From the IMG/VR virus record IMGVR_UViG_3300024322_000001: DNA of 64,000 bases; one strand, given 5' to 3'. The stretch's first letter is position 1. Every line of letters starts with the position of its first letter. Under the pieces are notes generated by a model. The model was not told the origin of the DNA and searched no databases. It saw only the letters and a program-made list of their open reading frames with translations. This stretch comes from a virus (taxonomy: Duplodnaviria; Caudoviricetes). Shown one piece after another: positions 38,946 through 49,468 of the stretch. The translations under genes and the position numbers were made by a program.

Positions 38946-39356
38946 TTATTGAAAAATATCGTACGCTACTCCTTCGAATACTGAATATGTTAATTTATGT
39001 TCAGTTCCTTCTGGGGTATAGTCCCCATAGAATCCGTCTTCATAGGATACTGGGAATTCTCTGTCTGATTCTTCAGATTTATAATCAGCTACTGTTGATA
39101 GTCTGTGTTTCTCTAATCGCTTAGCTACTACTGCTGCTGGTTCAGGTTCTCCGATATCTACTTGTCCTCCTCCGAGGCCTGCTGTTCCACCGTCCATTTC
39201 AGCTACTATAACATCTTTAGTTATATCGACACCAAATTTTCGAAAAGCTTGCTCAACAGAGTAATCTGCATCTTCCACTACTTCTTCGTTTAATTGTCTA
39301 CTGTTAGTAGTTAAGTTGTTTTCTGTTAAGAACTTTCTTAGGTTAAAATTGTTCAT
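38946..39356 (-). CDS. Putative capsid-internal protein, MNNF-leader family
   Basis: MNNFNLRKFLTENNLTTNSRQLNE leader. Confidence 0.7.
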   Translation of the reverse strand: MNNFNLRKFLTENNLTTNSRQLNEEVVEDADYSVEQAFRKFGVDITKDVIVAEMDGGTAGLGGGQVDIGEPEPAAVVAKRLEKHRLSTVADYKSEESDREFPVSYEDGFYGDYTPEGTEHKLTYSVFEGVAYDIFQ

Positions 39357-39373
39357 TGTGTTTGATTATTAAA

Positions 39374-41683
39374 TTATAATGCTCCGTTGATTGTAGGTGC
39401 TGAAAATACTGTTTGTTTTTCTTCTTCTCCTAAAGGCCTTTCGCCTGAGTTATGAGCATCGATATCTGCTTGAGATATTACTCTAACTTTAGGTTGATCT
39501 AATCCTTTAGTAAACCCTCCTTTAACAGCAGGTCTTAAATCTTTATTGAATGCTTGTTCAATTGCGGGTGCTAGAAAGCCTCCTACTTTTAAACCTTCTT
39601 CATTTCTTATATCTCCTAGAGTGTTGTATACCTTTTGTATCTTACTTCTAGTTTTATCGTAATAAGATTCAATATCAGTTACAATATCCTGTAGAGCTAT
39701 AATAGCTTGTTTCATTCCTTCGTAGCCTCCGTATGTATCAGAGAATTCTGCTAATGCATTAGTTGCAGCTTCATTTATTACTCCTTCTTCTAATACTTTA
39801 AATATAATAGCTTTAATATTCTCTTTAACAGCTTCATCTTTACCCATCGCTTTTTTGATAGCTTTGTCTTTAGCTGCCATATAATCATCTTTATCTACAT
39901 CTCCATCTCCGTCATGATCTTTACCTTTAGCTTCTTCTAGGTTCTCAACCATAAATTGAGTTTCTAAATATTCTAATACGTCTTTTTTAGCAAACTCTAT
40001 CATTCCAGGTTCTGTCATTGGGCCCATTTTCCATTCTTCCCAAGCTTTAATTAACATATTAACACCTTTGTCAAATAAAGGTCCCATGCTCTCTACATAC
40101 CCTCCAGTTTCGTAATCGTTTTCAGTAACTACTTTACCTCCTTGAGATTTTCTGCGTCTACCTTCGTTTACTCCATTGTCGTCATCCCAAGGACCTTTCA
40201 TAATATCAACACCAATGTTGTAATGATCTCCTATGGCGTACATTACCTCTTCAGCTTCTTCTCTTTCTGAAGTATCGTTTTCTTCAGCTCTGTCTTGAAT
40301 AAGAGCAATAAACTCCTGTAGGCTACCTACTCTTTCGTTGATTACTTCTTCAACATCTGCTAAACCTTCATCATCGTCTAAATCTGCTGTCATATCAGTA
40401 TTAACTGGATCTGAACCTTCAAGTTGTTTTCTAACTTTAGAAACACCTTCGTTGAAACTACTTAAAGTCTTTTTAATAGCCGCTCTGAATTTCTTTAAGT
40501 TATCTAATACTTCTGCTTTATTACCTTCTTTAGCAGCATCGATTGCATAAGATAGATGACTACCTTCTGTGTGGTAATTAACATCTTCGAATGAATCAAA
40601 TAATGCTTGCATTTTATCTATCGGTGTGTTTAATCTAACTTTTAATCCTGCTTTGAGCATTCCTTCGTAATCAAAATCACTAGAAAACATTTGACCAAGC
40701 TTGTATAACTTGTCAATTGATTTCATATCTGTATCTTTACCGTATTTAGCAATTCTAGCCATTTCATCATCAGACATAGCTTCTTTAACAAACTTAGCTT
40801 TAGCAGCATCAAAATCTCCTTTATGGAGACTATCAACTACTTTTCTACCTAAAGTTTCTAATTGATCTGCATCTAGTGAATGAGGCTTATTAAATCCTTT
40901 TAAGTACCCTTGGCCTATTGCTCCATAATCTGCTGGGTCAATAACATCTTCTGCAGACTTAGCAACTTTTTCTTGCATATAATCAGCTCCTGATTCGTAA
41001 TTTACTGATAAAAACTCTTGAAAGTTATCCATTACGGCTTGCATGCCTTCATCAGAACCATCTGCTTGTTCTTCCCATTCTGGGTGAGTTTTATAAAAGT
41101 CGTTAATGATTTCATCATCAATTAAACTCTTACCGGTTTTAGGATTAGCATAATATTTTTTAATATAATCAGCTACTGAATCTGCTTGATCATATTCGTT
41201 TACTGGTTTAGTATGATTTTCTTTTAAATCAGCTTTCTTAAGTCCATTATGAACATCTACTTCATTACCTTTTTTAGGCTCAACCATTTGGTCGTGTTTA
41301 TCTACCTTAGAAGATTCTCCTGCTATTAAGTTAATATAGTGATTAGCATCTTTCTGTAAATTAGCAATTACTTTAATTCTAGCTTTCATGTAATCTTCTT
41401 TAGATACATTCCCAGTAGAGTCTATACCCTGTGCTTCCAGTTCTGCATCAATTCCTCTTTCAACTACATTTATAGGAAATTGATCTGCTAATACATCAAT
41501 ATCTTTCTTAACTTCTTTCTTTTCAAAAATAAGACTCTTTTGTTTAAGAATAGATACGGAATCTTTATACCCGTTCCATTGAGTGATGAATTGCGGATAT
41601 GCTTGTCTCATTTGACGGACAAATTCTGCTTCTTGAAGTTTACCTTCTAATACCGCATGATATTTTTGTGTTGCTGTTTTCAT
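39374..41683 (-). CDS. Large acidic modular head-region protein (putative polyprotein) with DxDxDG motif
   Basis: 769 aa; many [ILVM]-x-E sites; DHDGDGDVDKDD. Confidence 0.65.
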   Translation of the reverse strand: MKTATQKYHAVLEGKLQEAEFVRQMRQAYPQFITQWNGYKDSVSILKQKSLIFEKKEVKKDIDVLADQFPINVVERGIDAELEAQGIDSTGNVSKEDYMKARIKVIANLQKDANHYINLIAGESSKVDKHDQMVEPKKGNEVDVHNGLKKADLKENHTKPVNEYDQADSVADYIKKYYANPKTGKSLIDDEIINDFYKTHPEWEEQADGSDEGMQAVMDNFQEFLSVNYESGADYMQEKVAKSAEDVIDPADYGAIGQGYLKGFNKPHSLDADQLETLGRKVVDSLHKGDFDAAKAKFVKEAMSDDEMARIAKYGKDTDMKSIDKLYKLGQMFSSDFDYEGMLKAGLKVRLNTPIDKMQALFDSFEDVNYHTEGSHLSYAIDAAKEGNKAEVLDNLKKFRAAIKKTLSSFNEGVSKVRKQLEGSDPVNTDMTADLDDDEGLADVEEVINERVGSLQEFIALIQDRAEENDTSEREEAEEVMYAIGDHYNIGVDIMKGPWDDDNGVNEGRRRKSQGGKVVTENDYETGGYVESMGPLFDKGVNMLIKAWEEWKMGPMTEPGMIEFAKKDVLEYLETQFMVENLEEAKGKDHDGDGDVDKDDYMAAKDKAIKKAMGKDEAVKENIKAIIFKVLEEGVINEAATNALAEFSDTYGGYEGMKQAIIALQDIVTDIESYYDKTRSKIQKVYNTLGDIRNEEGLKVGGFLAPAIEQAFNKDLRPAVKGGFTKGLDQPKVRVISQADIDAHNSGERPLGEEEKQTVFSAPTINGAL

Positions 41684-41910
41684 AAGTAGTCAACTAATTT
41701 AGTATTTGATGGTCGTTTAGGACGACTAACCTTTTTATATCCTAACTTCTTTAATGCATTTTTAGCTCTATTACCTTTACCAAAAGCAAAGGGTGTAGCA
41801 TAATTCATTCCCTGTCCAGGAGTAAATGTAGCTGACCCTCCGGTAACGTTAGCTTCGTCTAACTCAGTCATTACTTCTTTAACTAATGATGTAAGCTCTG
41901 ATCTTTTCAT
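41680..41910 (-). CDS. Small head-region protein
   Basis: MKRSELTSLVKEVMTELDE leader, YATPFAF. Confidence 0.65.
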   Translation of the reverse strand: MKRSELTSLVKEVMTELDEANVTGGSATFTPGQGMNYATPFAFGKGNRAKNALKKLGYKKVSRPKRPSNTKLVDYL

Positions 41911-42764
41911 TACAGAGTTTTTAATTCATTAACTAAATCGTAAAATTGCATTAAATTAACCAAGTGGGTGTCGCCAATTTTTTCAGTCTTTTTTACAGGA
42001 TTGATTGCTTTGGCTACTTCCTCTAATTTTATTTTTATTACTTCATCTGTTACTTTAGATGAAAGCTCATTTACCTGAATTCTCAATTTAGTCAATTCTT
42101 CATTAACTATAGTGTGTAAACGTTTTTTTGAATTAACTGAGGTGATAAATTCTTTAAGTATGTTTTTCTGTTCTGGCAGTAAATCTTTATATGTACTGTT
42201 AAACTTCTCTAATAAAATTTTAAACGTTAGTAGTTTAAGATCTTTATCATATTTAGAATACTCTTCGATTAACGTATCTTTAACGTCATTTGTATCTTGA
42301 GTTTTATCTGTTAGGTGTTCTAAAATAGTAACTTTATTGTCTACTAAGTACTTAGGGTCAACTAGCTCTTCATTATTTTGAGCCTCTAATAAACAGTACA
42401 TAGCAGCTAGTGCTTTGTAGTCTCTAACTTGGATACTAAAAAACTCATCTACATCATAGTGTTTTTTAATTTCTGATATTAGTTTGTATTTTTGACTTTT
42501 GAGAGCATCTTGATTTAGTTTTCTAGATACTTCAGTAATAGTTGAAACTATTGCTTCTGCTCTTCTCTGTGTTACTCCTTTAGACTTTGTTACTAAGTCG
42601 TATAGTTTATATTCTTTTGCAAGCGAAGTTTTACTTGCATAGAATTCTTTGAGAATACCGACAGCCGGCGATTCTGCTCCAGAGAGAGTATCAGCCGCAA
42701 TCTGCTTAACTAACAATTCAAATATTAGTCCAGTATTTCTATACTTAGAATGCTTTATTTTCAT
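41910..42764 (-). CDS. Conserved head-assembly-region protein
   Basis: MKIKHSKYRNTGLIFELL N-terminus; directly downstream of portal. Confidence 0.6.
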   Translation of the reverse strand: MKIKHSKYRNTGLIFELLVKQIAADTLSGAESPAVGILKEFYASKTSLAKEYKLYDLVTKSKGVTQRRAEAIVSTITEVSRKLNQDALKSQKYKLISEIKKHYDVDEFFSIQVRDYKALAAMYCLLEAQNNEELVDPKYLVDNKVTILEHLTDKTQDTNDVKDTLIEEYSKYDKDLKLLTFKILLEKFNSTYKDLLPEQKNILKEFITSVNSKKRLHTIVNEELTKLRIQVNELSSKVTDEVIKIKLEEVAKAINPVKKTEKIGDTHLVNLMQFYDLVNELKTL

Positions 42765-42793
42765 CTTATACGTTTACTATATATAAATATGCA

Positions 42794-44683
42794 CTACTTA
42801 CCTAAATCCTTTATTTGATCTTCGTTTAATAGTCCCTCGTTGTCCTCACTCGTATCTTTAGTAAAAACAATTTTCTTTAAAAGATCTTCGTTTTTAGCTA
42901 AAATAGTCTTTGCTACTGTGTTTTCATTGACATTATCGGCATCGCTAGGAAAACCACCTTTCATACCATGTTGACCTAAAGGATCACGTCCTCCTAGTCC
43001 TGCTGTAGTACCGTATACAGAAGCTTTTTCTTTTGGTCTTCCGCCTTCTGGGCCTGGCTGTCCCCATTCGCTATACCCTGCTGGTAGATTAGCTTGTTCT
43101 CCACCTTTTGGTGTAGCTGTTGCTCTTCTACCGTACATAGAGGCTAAGTCGTGTGGTGTACCGTAAGTTACTCCAGATGAAGCTGGGTCGTTACCTTCTG
43201 CTTCTATCTGTGCTCTTCTAAATTTACGTTTTTCATCTTCTACCATTAGATCTCTCATTTCCATATAAGCATCTTCTGATAAGTCAAATATATTTTCGTA
43301 AATATAATCTGTAGAGAATAATTTAGAATCCTTCATTTGAGTAGCTAAATCTACTTTTTCTTTAAGTAGTGCAACTTTCTCTTGTTCAAATATAATAGAA
43401 GGAGTAGTTAACTTGATTTCAAAGTTAGTAAGTGATTCACCTGAGAATCCTTGAGTGTATAAGTGAACTAGAGCTATCTTAGTAAGCTCTGATTCCATGA
43501 TTCTTTGAATACGTTCTACTGTTCTTGCAAATCTAATATCTTCTGCAGCTAAAGTAGCTTTACCACTTAAGTCACCTTCGTAGCCAAAGTATGCTTTAGG
43601 TATCTTTAATGCTGCAAATAACTTAGATTGTAAGTATTGAACGTCATTAGTACCATCGTAATCTAATCCTTTGGTAGTTTCTATTTTAGTAGCTGTATCT
43701 CCTCCTCGTACAGGTAGATAGAAATCTTCCATCATATTCTGCATATTGAACTTCAAGTTATATTGACCTGTTTCTGGATCAACATAAGGAGTTTTCTTCA
43801 TTCCATTGATAGTCTTTTGCATAAACTGCTCAACTTCATTTGGAGGAATAGAACCTACATTAATATAAAACATTCTCTTTTCTGGTGCTCTCATGATTCT
43901 ATGAATCAACATTGCATCTTCCATTAAAGAGGTTTGTTTAAATATTTTTCTAGCTGGCTCTAAATAAGATCTACCGTAAGGTAGGTAATGAGTATCAGAT
44001 ATTAATCTGAAGTGAGCCATTTCGTAATTATCAATCGTAATATTATTATTACGTTTTCTTCCTCCAGGCATATAGTTAGAATCAGTAGATGCTGCTATAC
44101 CGTCAGGATCTAATTCAAATTCTACTTTTTGAGGATTTTCAGGATCGTTACCTTCATGTCTAGCGATGTGGTAAACTGTATAGGGTAAGACGTTATAAAC
44201 ACCGTACTTCTCTGCTATCTCTAGCTTTAAGAAAAAGTCTCCGTATTTAACCATATTTCTAGTCCAAGACCAGAGGTTAAACTCAATATTTAAAACGTCA
44301 TAAAATAAGTTGTAAAGTACTCTTTGAATATTTTCATCAGAAGATTTAATTCCTAGTACTTCATTTTGATCATTCTTTACTGTTGCTTCATCTGCTATAA
44401 TATCGAGTGCAGAAGCTATAATTGGATCAGTATCCATTGCCTCGTAATCAGAATATAATTGAATACGTAGAGTCTGATAATTAAGGTTTGGATTAAATAT
44501 GTTTGCTTTGTTGTAAGTATATAAACGAGTAAACCTATCCATTAAAGAATTGGTTTGATACTTACCTGTCGTCTGTATATTATTTGTGTCTACAACTTTT
44601 AGTTGTGTTCCACCCACATTACGTATTACTACGTCGGTAGAAAAAAGTCTTTGTAAACGTCCAAATAGCGATTTATCTGCCAT
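42794..44683 (-). CDS. gp20: Portal protein (gp20-like)
   Basis: MEDAMLIHRIMRAPEKRMFYINVG, EDFYLPVR, ALKIP, EDIRFARTV. Confidence 0.95.
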   Translation of the reverse strand: MADKSLFGRLQRLFSTDVVIRNVGGTQLKVVDTNNIQTTGKYQTNSLMDRFTRLYTYNKANIFNPNLNYQTLRIQLYSDYEAMDTDPIIASALDIIADEATVKNDQNEVLGIKSSDENIQRVLYNLFYDVLNIEFNLWSWTRNMVKYGDFFLKLEIAEKYGVYNVLPYTVYHIARHEGNDPENPQKVEFELDPDGIAASTDSNYMPGGRKRNNNITIDNYEMAHFRLISDTHYLPYGRSYLEPARKIFKQTSLMEDAMLIHRIMRAPEKRMFYINVGSIPPNEVEQFMQKTINGMKKTPYVDPETGQYNLKFNMQNMMEDFYLPVRGGDTATKIETTKGLDYDGTNDVQYLQSKLFAALKIPKAYFGYEGDLSGKATLAAEDIRFARTVERIQRIMESELTKIALVHLYTQGFSGESLTNFEIKLTTPSIIFEQEKVALLKEKVDLATQMKDSKLFSTDYIYENIFDLSEDAYMEMRDLMVEDEKRKFRRAQIEAEGNDPASSGVTYGTPHDLASMYGRRATATPKGGEQANLPAGYSEWGQPGPEGGRPKEKASVYGTTAGLGGRDPLGQHGMKGGFPSDADNVNENTVAKTILAKNEDLLKKIVFTKDTSEDNEGLLNEDQIKDLGK

Positions 44684-44698
44684 TAATGTGTATTTTTA

Positions 44699-44706
44699 TA
44701 TAAATA
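44699..44706 (-). promoter_or_regulatory. Late-promoter-like TATTTATA upstream of portal
   Basis: Recurrent upstream octamer. Confidence 0.5.
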
Positions 44707-44708
44707 GT

Positions 44709-46283
44709 CTATTTTAATAACCACGAAATATCTTCTGTGGTTCGTCCATTATCTATAATATAAGGATTATTTTGCGGACTTCCAACTGATTTTATTATAG
44801 CTTTATTCTTAGCATTTAGATTAGTAAATGAAGATAATTGAGCTCTAGCTAGGTCCATCCCTTGTTGTCTTAATCTTAATGCAGTATCTCTAACATATAG
44901 AGCAGTTGCTGCAGAGATAAGTAAATCATCATTATAATTAGTTTGTGCTTGAGGTTTTCCGTTTTTCCATACAAATACTCTCATCTCTCCTAAAAGCCTT
45001 TTAGACTGTATAGTAACGCCTCTTTCTCTAATATACTCAATCATCTTAGCAATTACTAAAGGTCTTGTTCTTACGGACATAGTAAAGCCTGGGACTAATT
45101 TATCTCTTTCATACTTGCTCATATAAGACTCTACAGTTTCCATTTGAGATGTAGAACTATAGTATAAATTACTATATTGACGTTCCATCACCTGTTCTAT
45201 TGTAGCCCATCCTATATTTGCGTTTTCTATTACTAACAATGCTTGATTGTATTCTGTCGCTATTCCTACTAAGACATTTCCGTAATCCTTAGGAGATAAT
45301 TTACCTTTATATTCTGCTACTTGAGTACAAGTTTCTACGTCAAATACGTGAAATGCAGAATAATCCGCAGAGTCTCCTCTAGCAACATCTGCTACTACCA
45401 TATATGATTTTGTGTAGTCAACTCCTTCCCATATCCATAAATTACCATCTACACCTCTTCTCTCTAAAGGATCTTTTAAGTATGTTTGTTCATAAAACAT
45501 CATGTCGTCTGGTTCAAATACTGTATCACCAGAAGCTAAGAAATCGCAATCACATTCCTGTCCTGCCATTCTAGGACCTAAATCTGAGTCTTGTTTTTCT
45601 CGCCATTCTTGGTCCCTTTCAGGATGTACTGTCCATGGTAATCTTATAGGTAAAAATGAATTCTCACCACTTTCTGCTTTATCCCAAGTCTGATGAAACC
45701 AGTTACCAATTCCGTTAGGAGTTGATAATGCCATACACTGTCCACCTGTTGCTAAGGTTTGTTGTGCTGCTGTAAACGTTTCTTGAATGTTATCAATAAA
45801 GGCTGCTTCATCGATAAGCAGTAGTGATACTGCCTCTGACCTTGCGGCATCGGCGTTAGAAGATTTAGCTGTAATTTTCGATCCATTCTTTAGTCTAAGT
45901 GATAATTTATTTTTCTCTACTGCTGGTAATCTTAACCATTTAGGTAGTTGATCATACATAAACATAGTCTTAGATACTAAGTTTCTTGCAGTAGCTTGAG
46001 TTGTTGCTAGAGCAAGTACGTTCTTATCCTTATGAAACAACATAAGCCACAGAGAGTAACCTGCAGCTAAAGTGGATATACCTAACTGTCTTGACTTGAG
46101 AGTAATTAGATATTGATGATCTCTAAATAAATGTAATACTTTATCCTGAAATGGATATAAATTAAATAATATACGTCCTCTTGTAGGATGCTGTATATAG
46201 CAATACTTCCTCATGAAGTAGGCCGGATCTTTAGCACACTTAAAGTACTCTTGTGCTATTATTTTTTTTATATCTTTTGCCAT
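44709..46283 (-). CDS. gp17: Terminase large subunit (gp17-like)
   Basis: LYPFQ, KSRQLGIST, LLIDEAAF, STPNG, ADVARG, DDL. Confidence 0.95.
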   Translation of the reverse strand: MAKDIKKIIAQEYFKCAKDPAYFMRKYCYIQHPTRGRILFNLYPFQDKVLHLFRDHQYLITLKSRQLGISTLAAGYSLWLMLFHKDKNVLALATTQATARNLVSKTMFMYDQLPKWLRLPAVEKNKLSLRLKNGSKITAKSSNADAARSEAVSLLLIDEAAFIDNIQETFTAAQQTLATGGQCMALSTPNGIGNWFHQTWDKAESGENSFLPIRLPWTVHPERDQEWREKQDSDLGPRMAGQECDCDFLASGDTVFEPDDMMFYEQTYLKDPLERRGVDGNLWIWEGVDYTKSYMVVADVARGDSADYSAFHVFDVETCTQVAEYKGKLSPKDYGNVLVGIATEYNQALLVIENANIGWATIEQVMERQYSNLYYSSTSQMETVESYMSKYERDKLVPGFTMSVRTRPLVIAKMIEYIRERGVTIQSKRLLGEMRVFVWKNGKPQAQTNYNDDLLISAATALYVRDTALRLRQQGMDLARAQLSSFTNLNAKNKAIIKSVGSPQNNPYIIDNGRTTEDISWLLK

Positions 46284-46290
46284 AACTATC

Positions 46291-47814
46291 CTATATTGGA
46301 TTTATTTTTTCTATTTCTAAAGTGCCTTGAGTATTACCATTGTTCCTTGCACTTATCTGGACGAAGTGTGGTTTACCTCGTTTTAGTATGTGAAATAATA
46401 TTCTTACTCCTCCGTAACTATCTGTATCTAATATCTTAATATCTTTATAATCCCCTTCTTTATTGTAGAGAACTATATTAGTACCTTGAGGGTATGATTC
46501 TACTGTAGCATTAGTTCCTGATGAGTTACCAATTATTTTAAAAAAACCAGGGTTAACATCAGTTAAAGACATTGCAAAGCCTGCTAATGCAACTACTGCG
46601 TCAGCTATTTTACCCGGTGGAAACTTCTTAAATAGGAATTCAATAGCTTTCAAAGCCGCATATTTTCCTCTAAGTTGATCTATATCAAAATCTTCTAAAC
46701 TTATACTTTCTAAGCTGTACGACACATTATCTGCAGATCCAACTAAAGAGCTTATTTTACTCCTTAATGGTACGATTGCTTCTTTAAACTGATCTACATC
46801 GTACCCTTTTTCATCATTAGTTAAATTATAATCTGATCTAACTTTAGAGTATTTAGCAAGAAGACCTTTTGCTTTTCCACCTTGTGCTTTTTGCTGTTTT
46901 AAAGAAACTGCTACTAAAGAAGCTTCTTCACCTGCTACGTTTGTAGTACCTCCCCATTCTTGCACAAAGAAATTATTAATTATTTCAATATTGTCTGCAG
47001 AATTAATATCGGGTATACCTTTTAATTGTACGTATAAATCTCCGGGGCACCATTTGTCTTTATCATATCCGGTAAGTTGTTTGGCCTTACTTCTTATCTC
47101 ATCAAATTTTCCTGAACGTATAAGTTTAGCTTTAGGGTATTTTTCCTTAATAGCAAGAGCACTAGATAGAGGTTGGTTAACAAAGTTTACATGCGAGTTT
47201 TTAGGTTCAAGCGCTGATAAGTATGAAACAATTTTTTTGGTGCTAGTTGAATCTTCTCCAGGAATTTCTGCTGGCATTGTACTTATTAAACGTTCTGCTC
47301 TTTCTGAAATGTTTTCTACTGTAAATGGTGAAGTAATATCACTAACATAGAATAAAGAAACTAAACCTTCTTTTACATCTGTATCTGCACTATCTTCTGC
47401 TGCTGTTCCTTTTACTATAATCGAATAATCATTTCCCCTAAACGTGAGTAATGATTGTCCTACTGAAGAACTCGATGATCTGGCTTTAGTGTAAGAGGTT
47501 ATGTCTTCTTCTTGGTTAGCTAGTTTTTCTAATTCTGTAAATACCTCTCCTCTAAGTGTGCTTGAACTTGCTCCTCTAGATGGAATTTCAGAAAATTTTA
47601 AAACAATCTTAGATGTACCTGCAGTAGCTTCTATATCACCGTATCTGTTTATTTTACTCTTAATAAGGTTTACTAGATCTTTATTTTCATTTAATAAAGG
47701 AATAAAACCAAACATAGATTCAAACAAAGCCATATCCTCTTGACTATTAATGTCAGGATATCCTTTTTTGGTCTTATATGACCATTCTAATATGACTCTA
47801 TCGATAAGATTCAT
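46291..47814 (-). CDS. Putative PD-(D/E)xK nuclease with an N-terminal leader
   Basis: DKWCPGDLY...VAVSLKQ restriction-endonuclease-like motif; leader MNLIDRVILEWSY...LLNE. Confidence 0.5.
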   Translation of the reverse strand: MNLIDRVILEWSYKTKKGYPDINSQEDMALFESMFGFIPLLNENKDLVNLIKSKINRYGDIEATAGTSKIVLKFSEIPSRGASSSTLRGEVFTELEKLANQEEDITSYTKARSSSSSVGQSLLTFRGNDYSIIVKGTAAEDSADTDVKEGLVSLFYVSDITSPFTVENISERAERLISTMPAEIPGEDSTSTKKIVSYLSALEPKNSHVNFVNQPLSSALAIKEKYPKAKLIRSGKFDEIRSKAKQLTGYDKDKWCPGDLYVQLKGIPDINSADNIEIINNFFVQEWGGTTNVAGEEASLVAVSLKQQKAQGGKAKGLLAKYSKVRSDYNLTNDEKGYDVDQFKEAIVPLRSKISSLVGSADNVSYSLESISLEDFDIDQLRGKYAALKAIEFLFKKFPPGKIADAVVALAGFAMSLTDVNPGFFKIIGNSSGTNATVESYPQGTNIVLYNKEGDYKDIKILDTDSYGGVRILFHILKRGKPHFVQISARNNGNTQGTLEIEKINPI

Positions 47815-47826
47815 TATATTTACTTT

Positions 47827-48825
47827 TTAATGATCGTCTTCGTCTTCGTCTTCATCATCACTATAAAATTGGTCATAATCAGTTCCAAAACTCATAGCAA
47901 GATCTTGCATAAGCCAATTAGGTACCTCATCACCTTCGAATTTACCTCCTTTAGCATAAGATCTTAAATCATTTTGAAAAGATTCAACTGTATCATAATA
48001 CTGTTCTATACTTTCATACTCGTGTCCCTGTTCATCAGCAAGACCTAATAATTCTTGGGTAGCAGTAAGGTACTTATTATAATTAGGATCAAGTACATAA
48101 TGTTCAAAGCTTTTATCATTTTCAAAATCATATCCACTTACATAAAAAGCACCTTCTTGTGGTTTATCGCCTAATACTTTATATCCCTTACCGTGTGAAG
48201 GGCTAGAGGGATCAAACCATTGTTCTTCTTCAAATAAGAGGCCTTCAGCTAAATAAGCTTTTTTCAATTGATGTTGCATAGCTTCTCTTTCTTCCCTGTC
48301 ATACTGAAATGAATTGGGGATTATATGATCAAAATCGTATGCATTTTTTATTTTTCCAAATTGTCTAACGTAGCGTTCTAAATCTTCTTGTGTATCAGTA
48401 ACACCGTAAGGGTTAAGGTAAACATCTACAAATTTATCAAAAGCTTTTTTTTGACCTTTATCTAACCCACTTAAATCAACATTAGATAAATCATGTCTTT
48501 TTCTTGGTGCTGATGGGTTACTGTCTCCAGCCATTTCATCGTTATAGTAATCAACTGCCATATCTACGATATCACCAGAAGGTACATCTTCTTCTTTTTC
48601 ATCAGAGTAATATTCTACAGAACTATCTATGATTGCTTTTAAATCTTTATCAGAAATATCTGGTAATTGTCTTTTAATACCTGCTTCTACTTCTGCTTTA
48701 TAAGCAGGATCATAGATGGCATCATTAACCTCATCAAAATCGTAAGTTAATTCTTCTTTTAATAGCTTACTATTAGAAGTAAGTTTATTTTCTTTTAAAA
48801 ATTTTCTTAGGTTAAAGTTATTCAT
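47827..48825 (-). CDS. Putative capsid-internal protein, MNNF-leader family
   Basis: MNNFNLRKFLKENKLTSNSKLLKE leader; acidic. Confidence 0.7.
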   Translation of the reverse strand: MNNFNLRKFLKENKLTSNSKLLKEELTYDFDEVNDAIYDPAYKAEVEAGIKRQLPDISDKDLKAIIDSSVEYYSDEKEEDVPSGDIVDMAVDYYNDEMAGDSNPSAPRKRHDLSNVDLSGLDKGQKKAFDKFVDVYLNPYGVTDTQEDLERYVRQFGKIKNAYDFDHIIPNSFQYDREEREAMQHQLKKAYLAEGLLFEEEQWFDPSSPSHGKGYKVLGDKPQEGAFYVSGYDFENDKSFEHYVLDPNYNKYLTATQELLGLADEQGHEYESIEQYYDTVESFQNDLRSYAKGGKFEGDEVPNWLMQDLAMSFGTDYDQFYSDDEDEDEDDH

Positions 48826-48844
48826 TGTATTTGCTTTAAATCTT

Positions 48845-49141
48845 TTAATATTCTACTTCTTTTCCTTCAGCGTTAAATTTATATATAACTGCATTATCTC
48901 CATCTCTCATTTCGATAGCTACTACTTCATCCTCTTCTCTCTCATTTTCTGGGACTGGTGTGATAGTATCTATTCTCATACCGTCGTAGTTGGTGTATTC
49001 TCCTACTGTATATACCTCTCCGGTTGGAAAAGTAACAGAATTAATAATTTCTTTTTTAGTAAATTTTACTTCACTTAAAAGTTTAGTAGAGTTAGTATCT
49101 CTATTTTCTATTAAAAATTTTCTTAAATCAAAGTTATTCAT
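48845..49141 (-). CDS. Putative capsid-internal protein, MNNF-leader family
   Basis: MNNFDLRKFLIENRDTNSTKLLSE leader. Confidence 0.7.
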   Translation of the reverse strand: MNNFDLRKFLIENRDTNSTKLLSEVKFTKKEIINSVTFPTGEVYTVGEYTNYDGMRIDTITPVPENEREEDEVVAIEMRDGDNAVIYKFNAEGKEVEY

Positions 49142-49177
49142 TGTATTTGTTTTTATATATTTAGACTACTAATTATC

Positions 49178-49441
49178 TTAATCCTCAGGACCTTCGATCT
49201 TATCTCCTTTTCTAACTACAAGCCAATCTTTAATTCTATCATGGTACTTATCATCTACATCATCCAATGCAACTAATTTACCGTGTTTATCAGAATAGTA
49301 TAGATCTGCAGGGGCAATTTCGCCAGGGAAATAAAGTGTTATTCCTGGGGTTTCATTAAGTTCATCTTCATTTTCTACTGCTCTACTATTAGAGGTAAGT
49401 TTATTTTCAGTTAAAAATTTTCTTAAATCAAAGTTATTCAT
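49178..49441 (-). CDS. Putative capsid-internal protein, MNNF-leader family
   Basis: MNNFDLRKFLTENKLTSNSR leader. Confidence 0.7.
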   Translation of the reverse strand: MNNFDLRKFLTENKLTSNSRAVENEDELNETPGITLYFPGEIAPADLYYSDKHGKLVALDDVDDKYHDRIKDWLVVRKGDKIEGPED

Positions 49442-49468
49442 TTTATTTATTTTTATTTGATGTTTATA

